Shown: positions 35,951 to 49,749 of the stretch, piece after piece
Layout of the letters: the number at the start of each line of letters is the position of its first letter
Numbering within the stretch: position 1 is the first letter of the stretch
Origin: Alloascoidea hylecoeti
Lineage: Eukaryota
Assembly (NCBI GenBank): GCA_001600815.1
Contig: BCKZ01000013.1
Span: forward strand, 397,621 to 461,620
Length of the DNA: 64,000 nucleotides
Direction: 5' to 3'
Program-made: the position numbers and the translations under genes
Notes under the pieces: model-generated
The model's database searches: none
Seen by the model: only the letters and a program-made list of their open reading frames with translations
Told to the model about the DNA's origin: nothing

Positions 35951-38149
35951 AGAAAAGAAAAAAATTGATTATATTAGACTTTTAAATTTCTTAAAATAAA
36001 ATAACATAATAAAAAACAATATAATTACTTTTAAATTTCAATTAAATTAAATTAAATAAGATATTTTTATTAATAAAAAAACAACACTTACATAATAAAA
36101 TCCTCATTCTTTTTTCTTAATTTTCATTATGCATTTATATATATCCACTTAAGTTTTTAATAATATTGTTTCCAGCTATTGTTTTTTTTCTTCCCTTTTA
36201 TAAAGTTCTAACTATTTCCTGCTTTTTTAAATGGCATAAACTTGTAATTATGTTAAGTATTTAGTATTATAGAATATTGGATTTCTTTCATCCATTGGTA
36301 GCGAAATTTTTGGAAACTATTTAGTCTTTAATCATTCATGATCCCAAGGGCAATACCAAATTGTTCGTTAAAGAATTATCAACTTAAAGCATAGCAAATA
36401 CAGTTTTTCCACTCTGAATTCGCCACATTAGAGAGGTATTTTCGTCACTTCTGTATGTGTGTTTTCTGCATTATGAATTTTAGGGGTTGGGGATTTCATT
36501 TAGTTAATGTTGGATCACAACTTCACATCAAATGGCAATTGTAACAAGATTATAATCAGCTACGTACCGAGTACCCCCACAATGGCTTAAGATGTTCTTA
36601 AAATAGTTTATAATGCTCTGAATATTCTAGATATTCTATAGATCTACTAGTCTATGTAAAATGACATCCTATATTGATATATAGTTAAATACCACCACTT
36701 TCCCAAATTCCATATCAAAGATTTACAGACCAGACCATAAATATTTTTTGACTCAAAGGCCTGACTTACGTAAAGCACATATTTTTCTGCACCCGAACAT
36801 TGGCTATTTATATAACACCATCCCAAACGTCATGAGATCACTCCAGTCTATCTTTAGACCATGGCATGGCATATTATTCTGTTCATTTGGTTCTTCGAAT
36901 TCAGAAAAGACGTTTTACATGGCAAGCATACTCCATATTCTTGCTTTCTTAGAAGGGCTCTTAGTGTTGACACTTGCCATCGTATTCATAACTTATAGGG
37001 GCCTATAATAATGTCAGTATATTTTTCAGAATTCAATATGAAAATTAAGACTATACTATTGAATTAGATACTTTTAATAACAGATAGAAAACACGATTTA
37101 TTATTAATAAATCTATTAACTAATTCTTATTATTTTCGTCGTAAATTCGTATTTAAAGTCTTAAGTGTTCATAATAAAGAAACCATCGCCAAAATTAGTA
37201 CATAAATGGCAGAGACATTTATAAGTTTCTCGTAAGAGACATGGGTAAATAATTTTTTTGACTAGTCATGAAATCCAGATTTTACTATGCAATTCTGATC
37301 AAGTCGATGAAATGAGAATTATATATGAATCACTATATCCAAGAAATTCATAAAAACTCAATATCAACATTAAGAATTAGTTCAAATAATCATATAGGCC
37401 TATATCCCACATTATCAATTTTCATACCATTCTCGGAAATTATAGAACTATTACAGGGTCTGGATTTTGATTCTAATTATTTGATACTTGCTCTAACATT
37501 GACAATTCACTCATTTTGAATGTTCAAACTAGCTTGACAATCAGCTGAAGATAACAGGCAATCACATCAACACATTGGCTCCATGCTTTTTGTAAGGTTG
37601 AAACTTGACAACCGTCTATTGCGTTAGCTGTGCCTTGTTGCCGACACACTATTAAATAGTTAATACTAAATTTAAAATGTCATTATATATAGTTTAATAG
37701 AATCTCTAGAATTCATCGCCGAATCTTATAAGGTTGCAATTCTTCCTCTTCATTATATTTTCCCGTTTCTAATATGATAGTGGTGCCTAAGTTTTAAGTA
37801 TGAGCAGATCTAGATAGATGAAGCGTCCGGGTTTGACTTTTCCATCATGTATCTTCCTACAGTTTTTGTAATTACAATTACACTTATACCTTATAATTGA
37901 GTTGGTATGTATTTTAGAGTAATAACTTTTTGGAAGGTAAAATATGAAAGTGGTTTATGTAGAAATTTCACTCTACATTTTTGAATCTATAGCTATAGCT
38001 ACCGCTTATTGTCACATATAATTTGAATATATTGTCCTATTAATTAAATATGATTTAGTGATGAAAGTGAACTAACCACACAGTAATGCGTTAACTTTAT
38101 CACAAATGCGTTTGTGACTAATAATAAATACAGACTAAATCGGTCGTGT

Positions 38150-39697
38150 CTAGTCACTCTTTTTATTATCATCAGTGTTATAACTCTCAATTGAAAGTTT
38201 CTGTACCTGAGGCTCGAAGTCATTTTCCGGTGCACGCAATCTCTCCCTTATTTCATCACAAAGACTGTCAATTGACTTTTGGTTGGAACTTCTTATAAAA
38301 TTAGCAGCAGCTGAAACTGTCACAGTTAATACAGGAGAATTATTATAGTTCGTGGTCACGGAATCTATAATCGAGCTTACACCTTTAGCGCAAGTCATAA
38401 ATGCCATTCTTTCTATATTGTATTTTGAATCTTGTTTGTATTCTGGTTTCATGTATCCAAGGTTCGAAAAAAACATTGGATTGATACCTTTTGTATAAAC
38501 CCAATTGTTGAGAAATCGATACATATTTGGTACAATTTCCATTACTGAAACAAAAGATTCTTTTATAAGATTTTGTGGAGTAATCAATTTCGGAAATTCT
38601 TTACTGAAAGTTGAAAGTTTCTCCCACATCGAAGTAGGCTTTTCATCATTATAATTTCCTTCCACCGTTGTTGCAAGAAATCCCCAAAGCTTATCAGGAT
38701 CCCTACCATTCAAATATTTTGAATCTTTAGGTATAGATCTTCTGTAATCTGCAGCAATATTCATTCTAATTGTTTTCTTGCCAGAAAAATGGGAAATGCA
38801 ATCCGTAATCAAAACACTCAAGTATATTGTAACTGTTGTGTGATTGGCTTTACAAAGTCTGATCACATTGGATGTTTCCTCTGAAGTCATGTTAATTACT
38901 CCAATCTGATTATTAGGAAATTCAAACCTCTCTGGTATTTCTTCTGGAGTAGTGTCAAAGGGTGGCAAAACTTTCCATTGATGTCTTATATCTCTTGGCC
39001 AAAAAAATCGGGGAAGGTATTGCACAATGAGCACATTAAGTAAATAGAAAAAATGTGGTTTATAGGTCATCATGTCATCTGGACTAGGAGGCAGTACAAT
39101 GTCCTTTTCAGCAGCAAGGTCGGCAGTTCGAACAACATTATTTTGTTCTGTAATTTGTGTCTCCTCATCTGAGTGTTCCAATTCCCTAAGATACTTCAAT
39201 AATAATTCATGAAAAAAATAAGCAGTCTTCCCATCCATTAATACATGGTTCCAAAAGAAGACAACTTCGACTTTATTAACAACTACCACTTTCCATAAAA
39301 CACGATCTCTTTTTCTTGCCATACAACCTAATCCATCTCCTATAATTTGTTGTACAGTTTTTTCGTTCAAAGGGCATTTTGGATCATCTTCCACATAATC
39401 ATCAGTTGTAATAAATTCAACAATTGAATCGAGATCAATTTCATCGATTAGTGCCCAGCTTGATGTGAACCTGGAGCCCTCCACATCATAAAAAACATTT
39501 GCAAGGAGCCATGGTTGATCCCTTATTATCATTTTCAAGGCTTTTATTAATCTCCCTCTATCAACTCCTTGTGTGTATCTTGCGCTTAACCAAACACCGG
39601 AAAAAATGTTCCTATGCGCCATGCAATTATGAAACCATTCAACTCCTGATATGTGTCTAATATGCTTTTTCAATTGAGTTAAAGAAGACATGATCAA
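38150..39697 (-). CDS. Alcohol acetyltransferase-family protein (Atf1/Sli1-like)
   Basis: HxxxDG catalytic motif (NHVLMDG), LWKVVV, CKANHTTVT, ADYRR, FSNLG. Confidence 0.8.
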   Translation of the reverse strand: MIMSSLTQLKKHIRHISGVEWFHNCMAHRNIFSGVWLSARYTQGVDRGRLIKALKMIIRDQPWLLANVFYDVEGSRFTSSWALIDEIDLDSIVEFITTDDYVEDDPKCPLNEKTVQQIIGDGLGCMARKRDRVLWKVVVVNKVEVVFFWNHVLMDGKTAYFFHELLLKYLRELEHSDEETQITEQNNVVRTADLAAEKDIVLPPSPDDMMTYKPHFFYLLNVLIVQYLPRFFWPRDIRHQWKVLPPFDTTPEEIPERFEFPNNQIGVINMTSEETSNVIRLCKANHTTVTIYLSVLITDCISHFSGKKTIRMNIAADYRRSIPKDSKYLNGRDPDKLWGFLATTVEGNYNDEKPTSMWEKLSTFSKEFPKLITPQNLIKESFVSVMEIVPNMYRFLNNWVYTKGINPMFFSNLGYMKPEYKQDSKYNIERMAFMTCAKGVSSIIDSVTTNYNNSPVLTVTVSAAANFIRSSNQKSIDSLCDEIRERLRAPENDFEPQVQKLSIESYNTDDNKKSD

Positions 39698-41225
39698 GAG
39701 AAAAGTGAGTGAGCTATAGTGAATTCAAATAACTAATGGTCGACTATGCTTCTTGGAAATGGAGAGGATTTGGAGATTTTATACCGTTAAGACTTACACT
39801 GTCTTAATTCGAACTCAATAAAACATTCAAATTACTTCCATATTAGTGTTAATAATAATAGCGTACATTAGTTTTAATTAATCTGTATGTATCAGTTATA
39901 TATATATTAGATAAATTAAAGAATTAGAAAGAAACATTATATGTATAGTATCATAAAAGTCAAGAAGCATACCAAGTGTATTTAGAACAGTTTATCAGTT
40001 TGACATTTATGGGTGATGTGTGTCTCAAACTTTAGTATATAAGTTATATAAAACATTCATCATAACATGATCAATTGCAAATTACAATTATGTTGTATAT
40101 TAATATTAAAAGATTCACTATTTTAGTAGAAACCTCTACTTAAATGGGATCACCTAAATAGACACGATACATATACTAATATAAATAACTATATAATATT
40201 TATCTGTATCTCACAAGATTATCTTGATTTATGGACATCACCGGTCTCAATTTCGATTCAATCGATATCGTTTTATAATTAATTATACAAATTTTTAGCT
40301 GTCCTCATCCATATGTTGGAAATGGTCTTATCAGCATGTCATATATAACATATTAAAACAGCAGTATTAATATTCATTGTTAGAATCAGCCAGCTGCTTC
40401 TCTGCACATGTTTAATATATATTCTTATTGTTATTGTTAAAATTAAAGACATACATAACACATATCCTTGTATATCAAATAACTGGTTGTTAACTTGATA
40501 TACATATTAATATTTTAACCACAGCGTTAATTAATTAATAATAACAGTACAATTAATTGAATAATAATCATATATGATATGTATGGAAAATATACAAAAA
40601 CGATAAGGGTCTTAACCGCTTCCAGATATTTCTACAATTGCGACACACGGCTATAAGTTTTCAAATAATTTAAATATGCACATTTAAATTATTAATATTG
40701 TTACCGGTCTTATAATCTTCAAATATTATTATTATTAATTTTCTGTTAAAACCCGAAGGTAATGAAATTTAGTTTCCAAATGGACAGACTTATTGTTGGA
40801 AGATCTGAACAATTAATTAAGCTAGCACTCTTATACACAAAAATCTAAAAATGAGCATGTTTCGAAACACGATTATCCGGTAATATATTGAAATCATCGA
40901 TATCCCAACATGATAATGTGGGTACACAATCCTACAACACATCTTCTTTGGCGGCTCAATTCAATTAAGAGCAAAGGATACAAGAAACATATTAAGTTAC
41001 TTGTAACATCGGGGCCTACCGAAAAAGGAGAAAGGGGTTGAAAAAGAAGCAATGTGAGTGTTTAATCTTGGCCAGGAGCGTTAGGCCTCCTTGGAGTAAC
41101 CATCCTAAACCGGTATAATGCATTCTATTGTTATATGCAAGATTAGTCATAGGGCTTTTCAATATCACGTGCACTTTGCAGCTGAGGCGGGGTAATCACT
41201 TTAGCGAATTAATCTGCAAGTTACT

Positions 41226-41299
41226 GGTTTGATGGTCTAGTTGGTTATGGCATCTGCTTAACACGCAGAACGTCCCCAGTTCGATCCTGGGTTAAATCA
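41226..41299 (+). tRNA. tRNA-Val (anticodon AAC)
   Basis: GGTTTGATGGTCTAGTTGGTTATGGCATCTGCTTAACACGCAGAACGTCCCCAGTTCGATCCTGGGTTAAATCA forms a cloverleaf with A and B boxes; followed by a T-run. Confidence 0.97.
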
Positions 41300-41556
41300 T
41301 TAATTTTTAGATTTTTTTCCTTTTTCATAGATCGGGATTTGGGAATATTCCTTAAAAATATATTCTTAATCCATCGAAGATACAATTTATGATTATTTAA
41401 AAAAAAACGCGTATACGAATATATAATTGGATATATGGTTATGAGACGTATTGCTGAACGTAACTGGATTATAGTTTATATAATCAATAAATATTGCAAG
41501 AATTTTGTAAGAAATATAATTTTAAATCTCCCAAATCAAATTTTTAAATTTTTTTT

Positions 41557-43125
41557 TTAATCCCAACTTTCTAATCTCATTGTTCCTTTCTCATCTAAAT
41601 TATTATGTAATTTGAAGGCATCCTTTAAAGCATGTGGTTCATGTAATGACTTGTTCTTCCTACAATAGAATTTTGCTCTGTCAACATATTCCTCTAAGAT
41701 AGGTTTATAAGCTGGATGAACAATCTTATCGATGATTTCTTTTGATCTTTCATTTGGAGACATTCCTCTTAAATCGGCTAAACCTTGTTCCGTAACTATA
41801 ATATCAATATCATGTTCTGTGTGATCAATATGAGAAACAAATGGGACAATACAAGATAATCCCAATGGGTCTGTCTTTGTTGCTCTAACTGATGGAGTGT
41901 GTAAAATCGACAACTTAGCATTTCTTAAGAAATCTCCTGAGCCACCTAAGCCATTTATCATTCTTGAACCACCTACACAAGTTGAATTTGCATGTGCGTA
42001 AATATCAACTTCAACTGGTGTATTCATTGCAATAACACCTAATCTCCTAATAAGTTCTGGATGATTTGAAATTGATTGAGCACGTAATAAAACTTTTTTA
42101 CTATATTCATCCCATTTCTCATAAAATTTCTTAAACCCACCTTGTGATAATGTAATTGATGTAGTTGTTGCAAAGTCTAATTTTCCTGAATCTAAGAAAT
42201 CAAGAAAAGAGTCTTGTAAAACTTCAGTCCAAACCTGTAAATTTTTGAAATCTGCATGAGCAAGACCTTCAACAACGGCATTTGCAATATTACCAACACC
42301 AGATTGTAAAGGTAATAGATCTTCTGGGAGTCTTCCAAATCGTACCTCATCCTTTAAAAAGTCAATTAAATGAGAAGCAATTGATTTTGAAATATCATCG
42401 GATGGAGCACCGGGAGCAGTACCATTTAGACTAGTAGATTCAACAATAGCCAAAACTTTTGAAGGATCAACTGGAACAGCAGGAGTTCCAATCCGTTCTC
42501 GAACATGTGTAATATCGTAAGGTTTTCTAAATGGCGGCAGTTCGGGCATATTAATATCATGTAATCCTTCATAACTCGGCTCCGCTGTATTTACTTCAAT
42601 AATTAAGTTTTTTGAGTAATCGATGAGTTCAGGTGATCCACCAACAGCTGGTCCTAAAATAATACCTCCATTTTCATCAATTGCCGTGGCTTCAACTATT
42701 GTAAGATCTAACGATTTTGAAGTTCCGTCTGGTTGTTTTGTATAATAACCATATCTAAGATCTTGTGGCCACATTGAGAGATGCTTATCGAAAAATTGAA
42801 TCGATCCACCATTAATACCAGATGCAATCGACTTCCCTGCTTGATATGGAGAACGTCGATTTAACATATTTAATTCAGCCCATTTGATTTCATCTGGACC
42901 TGTTGAAGCACCAGAGAATAAATTAAAACCAAGTTTACCTTGTAAATTGTTTTGTTCAACATGTTTGGCTAAAGCTGCGGGAACAACTTTTGGACAACCT
43001 GTCACTGCAAAACCTGACCAACCCATATCTTGACCATTCTTGAAAAATGGAATTGTTTCCTCTGGCGTCAGCACTTTTTTAAGGTACGGGGCATATCTGA
43101 CTCGTGATTTGAGAAGAGCACTCAT
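41557..43125 (-). CDS. ACH1: Acetyl-CoA hydrolase / succinyl-CoA:acetate CoA-transferase
   Basis: [65 protein letters not shown] motifs. Confidence 0.96.
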   Translation of the reverse strand: MSALLKSRVRYAPYLKKVLTPEETIPFFKNGQDMGWSGFAVTGCPKVVPAALAKHVEQNNLQGKLGFNLFSGASTGPDEIKWAELNMLNRRSPYQAGKSIASGINGGSIQFFDKHLSMWPQDLRYGYYTKQPDGTSKSLDLTIVEATAIDENGGIILGPAVGGSPELIDYSKNLIIEVNTAEPSYEGLHDINMPELPPFRKPYDITHVRERIGTPAVPVDPSKVLAIVESTSLNGTAPGAPSDDISKSIASHLIDFLKDEVRFGRLPEDLLPLQSGVGNIANAVVEGLAHADFKNLQVWTEVLQDSFLDFLDSGKLDFATTTSITLSQGGFKKFYEKWDEYSKKVLLRAQSISNHPELIRRLGVIAMNTPVEVDIYAHANSTCVGGSRMINGLGGSGDFLRNAKLSILHTPSVRATKTDPLGLSCIVPFVSHIDHTEHDIDIIVTEQGLADLRGMSPNERSKEIIDKIVHPAYKPILEEYVDRAKFYCRKNKSLHEPHALKDAFKLHNNLDEKGTMRLESWD

Positions 43126-43930
43126 ATTTTAATTGTAATAGTATTTGTAGTAGTTTGCTTATAAAACGAATAAAATATAACAATAGATTATCAATATACA
43201 CTGTTGGATCTTTATTTTATAATCTTAATAGGATGTTAACGCTAAAATAGAGCAGGAATCTAAAGATTTATGTATCAATTGTTTTAGTAGTAGCTGCCCC
43301 ACCTCCCCTCCCCAGCTGCAGCACCCATTGGAAATTCTTGGCTCTAATATTGGAGGTTCGAAGATATATATTCGCTATCGGGGATTCGGAAGGAATTTCA
43401 GGTATCGCGTTCGTGCCCTATAATATTTTAGAGTGGTTAATGACCTAAATGAACACAATAGTTTAGATTGATTATAATCCGTGATTCTGTGTTTTTTTGC
43501 CTTTCTAACTTCATGGCCGATGTTAGTTTAATTATGTGATGTATCAGGAAGTTTATTTCTTTACACCTCGGATTGACGGACAAAGTAAATTTTGTATTTA
43601 ACGCCGACCACCGAACCGGCTTAGAGAGCACTTACCCATATTTTGCTCCTCACCATATAATTATAATTGCCCTAACAATATTGGTTATAATTATATACCA
43701 TTTAGCAGAATATTAATATTATATACCAGTTGTAATGTTTGATATTTATAAAATATTTAATTTTGAATAATCTTCCTTAAAATATTATTAGATTATATAA
43801 ACAGCTGTGTTGAACATACTTTCTTGTGGAACTAATGCAAATACCATGGGCTCGGTAAATAATGAAATTTGATGAAGAGTTTAACATTAATAGATGTAGA
43901 TTTAAAAATAATTGCAAGGTTAAAAACACG

Positions 43931-44902
43931 TTATGATCTTGTCATTCTGAAATAACGGTTAATCCTCTCATCTGCCGCATCATAATAATCGCTATTCTGT
44001 TTTTTTACTTCATCATAACTTCTTTTAGAACGGGATTCAATTCTAGTGCCGCGTTTTTTCAGATCATCAGAGAGCCAATATAATGCTAGGGTAAGCAATT
44101 TACTACTTCCATTCTTATCATGACCAAACTTACCATTACCACTTTCAATAAATTTATCACTCATTATTAATGCTTCATCTAATGTTAGTATATGAATAAC
44201 TTCACTCATATGCATATGAACAACATTAGTAGGCCAATCTTGCAAACCATCAAAAATATGGGTGGCATAAACAACTGCGCATTTTCTACCCTTTGTTTCT
44301 TGTTCTAAAAAGTTTAATAATCTAGTTCTGACCAGTACATCCAAATCAACGGTAATCTCATCTAATAATAATAAATTCCAAGGTTTCATTAATCCCATGG
44401 CCAATTGTACTCTTCGTCTTTCACCATCGCTAACAGCATGCATTCTCCATTCAATATCAATATCTAAAATATCAATCAATTGCTCCCTTCTTTCAGTATA
44501 ATAATCGCCACCAACACTACTCAGTAATATACTAACAGGAATATCATGCCTAACAATAGAATTGCTTGCCCATTCTGTACCTAAATAAGTTAATCCTTCA
44601 ACAGCACCACGAAAAGGATCTTCACCACCAATTTTAACACCTCCTGCTTTTGCAAGAGTCTTACCAGCTAATAATCTTAATAATGTTGATTTACCAGCAC
44701 CATTGGCACCTATTAAGACTGTTCTTGTATGCCATGGTAATTGTAAATTAATATCTCGTAACCCAATTAATTTATTTGGGAAAACATATGTTAAATTTGT
44801 TGTTGTAATTGCAAAATCAGTTAATGATTTATCAGTTTTTAAATCCGAAGGATTATTATCTTGTAATTGAGATATGGTATCTTCTGTTATTCCCATTCCC
44901 AT
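43931..44902 (-). CDS. CAF16: Soluble ABC ATPase Caf16-like
   Basis: GANGAGKST, YLGTEW, WRMHAVSDGERRRVQL, LLLDEITVDLDVL, YATHIFDGL. Confidence 0.9.
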   Translation of the reverse strand: MGMGITEDTISQLQDNNPSDLKTDKSLTDFAITTTNLTYVFPNKLIGLRDINLQLPWHTRTVLIGANGAGKSTLLRLLAGKTLAKAGGVKIGGEDPFRGAVEGLTYLGTEWASNSIVRHDIPVSILLSSVGGDYYTERREQLIDILDIDIEWRMHAVSDGERRRVQLAMGLMKPWNLLLLDEITVDLDVLVRTRLLNFLEQETKGRKCAVVYATHIFDGLQDWPTNVVHMHMSEVIHILTLDEALIMSDKFIESGNGKFGHDKNGSSKLLTLALYWLSDDLKKRGTRIESRSKRSYDEVKKQNSDYYDAADERINRYFRMTRS

Positions 44903-45191
44903 GTTTAGTGAGCTTCTATATTGTGAATCTTAAAGTTGTTAAGTCAAGTTTTTTTTATTAACACTAGAATAGTATAAGGCAAAGTTGTAAATATCCAAAT
45001 AAAACTCATCATCTCTAACATTATGACTAATCCCGGACATGATCACACATGATGCGATATCACGCTATTCATAAGTAGTGCATATAGCTATAGCTAGGAA
45101 TATATCAATCGTGAAACATATAGTGCTTGTATATGTAGTAAATATCAAACGAATAATCTTTTATAATTTTAAAGAATTTGAATCCATTATA

Positions 45192-45632
45192 CAGTAATTC
45201 CACTTAATTTAGGCCATTTGTTGTACTCATTTCGGCCATGCAGATTTGCCTCATTATTACCGATATGTGCTAAAATACTGTACTAAAGCATATTCATATT
45301 TCACGGATAATTGTTTATAAGGTTTATACTTTTATTATGTAGCTATATAGCGAATTTTAAATATAAAGAGAACGAAATTCCTTTAAGATTCAGTTCCCTA
45401 CCCTTCCTAAAAACTTTCTTTTACTTTTTACAATACCATCTAGAACTATTTATACTCTTTGCACGTAACTGGCTAACTTCACAACCAGATTTAAATAGTA
45501 TGACCTACTAATATAGAATAAAATCGGGTAAAAAAGGCCGCTGGGGAACTTAGTTGTAGGTGTGAGCCAAGAAATAATAAGTATGGCCGAATATTTAGTT
45601 CAAATAGTGGCCGAAAGTAAGTGGAATCACTG
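45192..45632. mobile_element. Non-autonomous Tc1/mariner-pogo-type MITE, 441 bp, TA target duplication
   Basis: TA|CAGTAATTCCACTTAATTTAGGCCA ... TGGCCGAAAGTAAGTGGAATCACTG|TA: imperfect TIRs with a second internal TTCGGCCAT inverted match. Confidence 0.8.
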
Positions 45633-45779
45633 TATCATCATATCATCAAATATTAGACTTTAAGTGTAAGACAGAAACAAAAACAGATCTATATATATAT
45701 ATATATATATAAAAGTAAACTAAAATTCTCCAGTAATATTATTATTCCAAATATTCTTAATTTTAAGCATTAATATTAA

Positions 45780-47704
45780 TTAATTTGCATTATAATTATC
45801 AGTTATAAGTCGAGTTAACTTATTCCAAACCGTTTCAATATTATACATGAAAGATCCCCTATTATCACCAATTAAAGTACTAGTGTTATTATCATTATGA
45901 TTATCATTTGAATTTTTCCAACCATCTCTAGATAGTGTACGTTTATATGCTTTTTTGGTAATTGCTCTTAATTTATTAGATGCAACTAAATGACCTATTT
46001 TATCCCCATTATTAATATTTATATCTTTTGATCTAATTATAATGTCTTTATTGTTACTCAAATCCGATGATGGAGGAGTATCGATATCATTATTTGAATT
46101 TGTATCAATATCATAATCATTTGGTAATGTTAATACTTCACCTTCATGAATAGATCTAGATAAGTTATCATCATAATGATTATCAAATTTTATGTTTTTA
46201 AGGTTATCTTTATAATTTATATTATAGTTGTAATGATGTGTAACGTACTTCATGCATGTGTTGTTATCTTTATCTTCCTTTTTATAGATATCTTTATCTT
46301 TGACTATATCTGTATACTTATCATCATTACACGTGGATATATTAGTTGAATATTTATTATTGTATTTTTGTTCTGCAGCTGTATTAAACAATATCTGAGA
46401 AGGATTTGTTATTATGGAAATATTTGTAACATTTGATTGAGCATTAGATTTTAAATCAATAGGCAATGGTAATGATTGTTTTGGTATTGATATTGAATGA
46501 GTTTGGGTTAAATTATTTATCGATGATGATGGGTTGTATGAATATAACGATTCTAATTGTTTTGTGATCAGTGATATTCCATTTTTAGAACTATTGGTAG
46601 AGTTGAAAATTTCACTATGGATATCAGGCAGGGGAGATTGAATTTGAGTTTGATTTTGAATTTGATTTTGATTTTGATGCTGATGCTGATGCTGATGCTG
46701 ATTATAATAATCCTTTGTGCTTACACTTAACGTATTAATATTGATATTTGATGTATTCGAATAATGTGGGATAGAAGGGTTGGATTGTATAGGATCTTGT
46801 GAAAGAGTTGAGAAATAATCAAAAATATTAATAGGTTGATTATTATTATAATTATTATTCGGATTTCTCAAAGAATTTTCGTATTCATTGATTGGTGTAA
46901 TACATAGAGGTTGAATGTTCATTGAAGTTGAAACTAATAAATTTTCATTCAAATCTAAATCCATACCAATAACTAGATCATAATTATCATGTTCCAATTG
47001 TTTATCATTCTCTGGGGTATCAGCTGCAGGTAGATGATCCCGGCCAAGTCTTGTAGGTGGGAATATATCAACAATTTCTAATTCTGTAGAAATGTTCCTA
47101 AAAAGAGTCTTCGATACAGATATTGGTCTTGAATATTTTATTGACCTCGATGCGGTTGAACTAGAGCTGGGTGGTGTGTTTGAAGATTGTTGTAAAGGAA
47201 TTCCTGGGGAAAATTTCTCCACAATCGTCGGTTGGATCGAATCACCTGTATCATAATCAAGCTCGTTATCATCGATCAGCAAAGAAGATAAAACGGGAGC
47301 AAACTGTGTTATTGTTGAATGTTTCATGGAGTGGGTTATTGAATGGGAATAAACAGCAATAGTATTAATATTGTCGAAAGGTTCGGATATGTTTGGAAGA
47401 TCATAACCTATATCATCTTCGAAAGTCGCATTATTCGTATTGATTGAACCCCGAGTAAGATTCAAAGAACCATAAGAACTGATTTGTCTATCTTCTATAG
47501 GAGATTTGATGTCCTTTCCACGACATACTATCGAACAGTATAAAGTGGGATCGTAGGTATGGAGGTGCTGTGATTCGTCATGTTTATTTAAAGATTTAGG
47601 TGGAGGGGTACTTTTTCGAGTAGTAGATTTGGTTACCAAAGAACGGCCACAAGCCAAACAATATGAATCGAACACAAACAGTTCGGGCATAACTCTCCCC
47701 TTAT
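45780..47704 (-). CDS. Protein with N-terminal Ecl1-like Cys motif and long low-complexity tail
   Basis: FDSYCLACGR...LYCSIVCRGKD matches the CxxC...LYCSxxC pattern of Ecl1 lifespan regulators. Start uncertain (47704 or 47690). Confidence 0.65.
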
Positions 47705-49749
47705 GCATCTCAGATCCCAAACAAAACAAAAAGACAAGAGGTCAAATTTTAGAAATCAAAAATCAGAAATTCAGTCGAACGTTACAGAAAAATTAAAGAA
47801 ATGAAAAATGAAAAATGAAAAATAATACAATTGGCTGATAAGAGTTTAGTCACAAATGGCAGGGTAACCGGCTTATCTGTTTTTGATAAGGTGGCATGCA
47901 TATATATGCAGGGTTGCTTTTATCTCTTTTATCAGTTGTGTGGAACAGTCATCTATGGTGAAATTTGTATTATGTGGAGTGTTTGTAGGTTTCTCGGACA
48001 TGTTTTCTTGAATAAGGGATAATCACAAATCAAAACATACTCTTCGAAAAGTTTCTAAAAATTCGAAGAACAAATAAAAAAAATATAAACAGATGTATTT
48101 TCACAGATCTTCAAGTGGAGAACCAGATCGGTTATATGCATAACGACTCTTTCGTAGCTAACTAGTGAGCTGTTTTGGCCTTAAAATTGTTTTATTTCTT
48201 CAATGCCAGGAGCGATTATATGATTTCTGCTACGCCAGATAAACTCCTTGTCGAAGGCTTTTTCATATTTACAGGTTCCGGTAAATGACTAATCAGGTTG
48301 TGATCTGATATAAGTGAGTAAAGTTCTTATGCTTGTTCACCTCCTCCATAGGTTGGGTCTTCTTTGTCTCATCTCTTTCCGCTGACATCGCACACATTTC
48401 TGATTAACAACAAGATTTTTTTCATAAGTGACTCTAATTCGCCATATGTGTCCCTTTTATTCTCATTCAGAATGTTTTCCTTATCCTGTAGCGTGTTAGG
48501 CAGAACCAACGGCTGTAGTTCAATATCTAAAATCAGTGTAGTTATTTTCACTTAGGCTGATTTCTTTCTCTTTTAGATCTACTTAATTCTCTATTCAAAA
48601 CGTCCTCTCCCCTAAAATCAACTTCTTGTAATTCAAACTATAGGTATATTGTCTGGAAGTTTTGATGTTTTCATATAGGTTTGAGTCACCAGGCCATTTG
48701 TTATGCATAAGCATTTCCTCTAGATCTTATCATCATGTCCCTGGCCCATCAACATCTCGACACTTAGATAGAAGTTACTAGTATCCCTACCTAATAACAA
48801 TTATACCTGTTTAGTTATTTAGGTTTAATGCATATAATTATCGCCCACCCCTTCATTAATTATTTTCTATACGTATACTATAATAACTATATTCTTTATG
48901 TATGTATATGGCTAGAGCGGATTAATTGATGTCGTTAACTATAAGGGTATCTGTATTGCTTTCTGATACCGAGCTTGTTTTCCCGACTAACCTTAAGATT
49001 TACTGGCTTCACTATTAACGTTTAATATATTTTCTTCTTTGTAAGCACTAGCTGTAAGCCTTATAATAATATACGAACAGCTGAAAATAAAATTAATCTC
49101 GGTTATCTATAGCCATATAGATTTACAGAAATATCTAGTGTATAATACTATATTGGTATTTAGTCTTTAGTTCTTTAACTGTATGTTAATTAACTAAAAT
49201 GTTCCAATATATATAATATGGACCTATTTGAAAACCTTAAATATGTGTCATTATATCTTGAGAATATTGAATTAGTACTATTAAATGTCTAGTAGTGAGT
49301 GTAATTGAATTTTAAGTAATTTACCTCTTTCAATTAATATTGTTCGAAACCTGGTATTGTACTTGTTCTGCTAGAATAAAATCATCAATTGAATTTACAT
49401 ATTGCACTTGGATTGAAAAAATTTCTGATGCCACAGTCTAATTCTCAATTGATTAAAATTTAGAAATGCTAATTATGAATATCTAAATCTTTAATAAACC
49501 TCGAATTCTTCACAGCCGCTATTATTATTCTCGAAGTTATCGAGGAATAGAATTACTAACTATATTTATAAATACAATAACTCAAATTTAATATAGTCTC
49601 ACGATAAAAAGAAATTTAAAGAAAGAAAAAATATTTATTGTAATCAAATATGGGCATATGAAATATAATATACATAAGTAACTATATACTATTTAGCTAA
49701 ATTAATTTATTATGGCAGCTTTAATATTTTTAGAATAATAAAAAAAGAA

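Noticed and set aside
36200..37800. Possible decayed gene or transposon in a long intergenic region
   Set aside because: No recognisable protein motif in the frames examined; needs a translated search.
40794..40910. TGTTGG...CCAACA segment upstream of tRNA-Val as a solo LTR
   Set aside because: Only 117 bp, flanks (CTTAT/TGATA) do not form a duplication, and no second copy in the window.
48100..48780. Coding-like minus-strand stretch
   Set aside because: Short interrupted frames with no motif I can assign.
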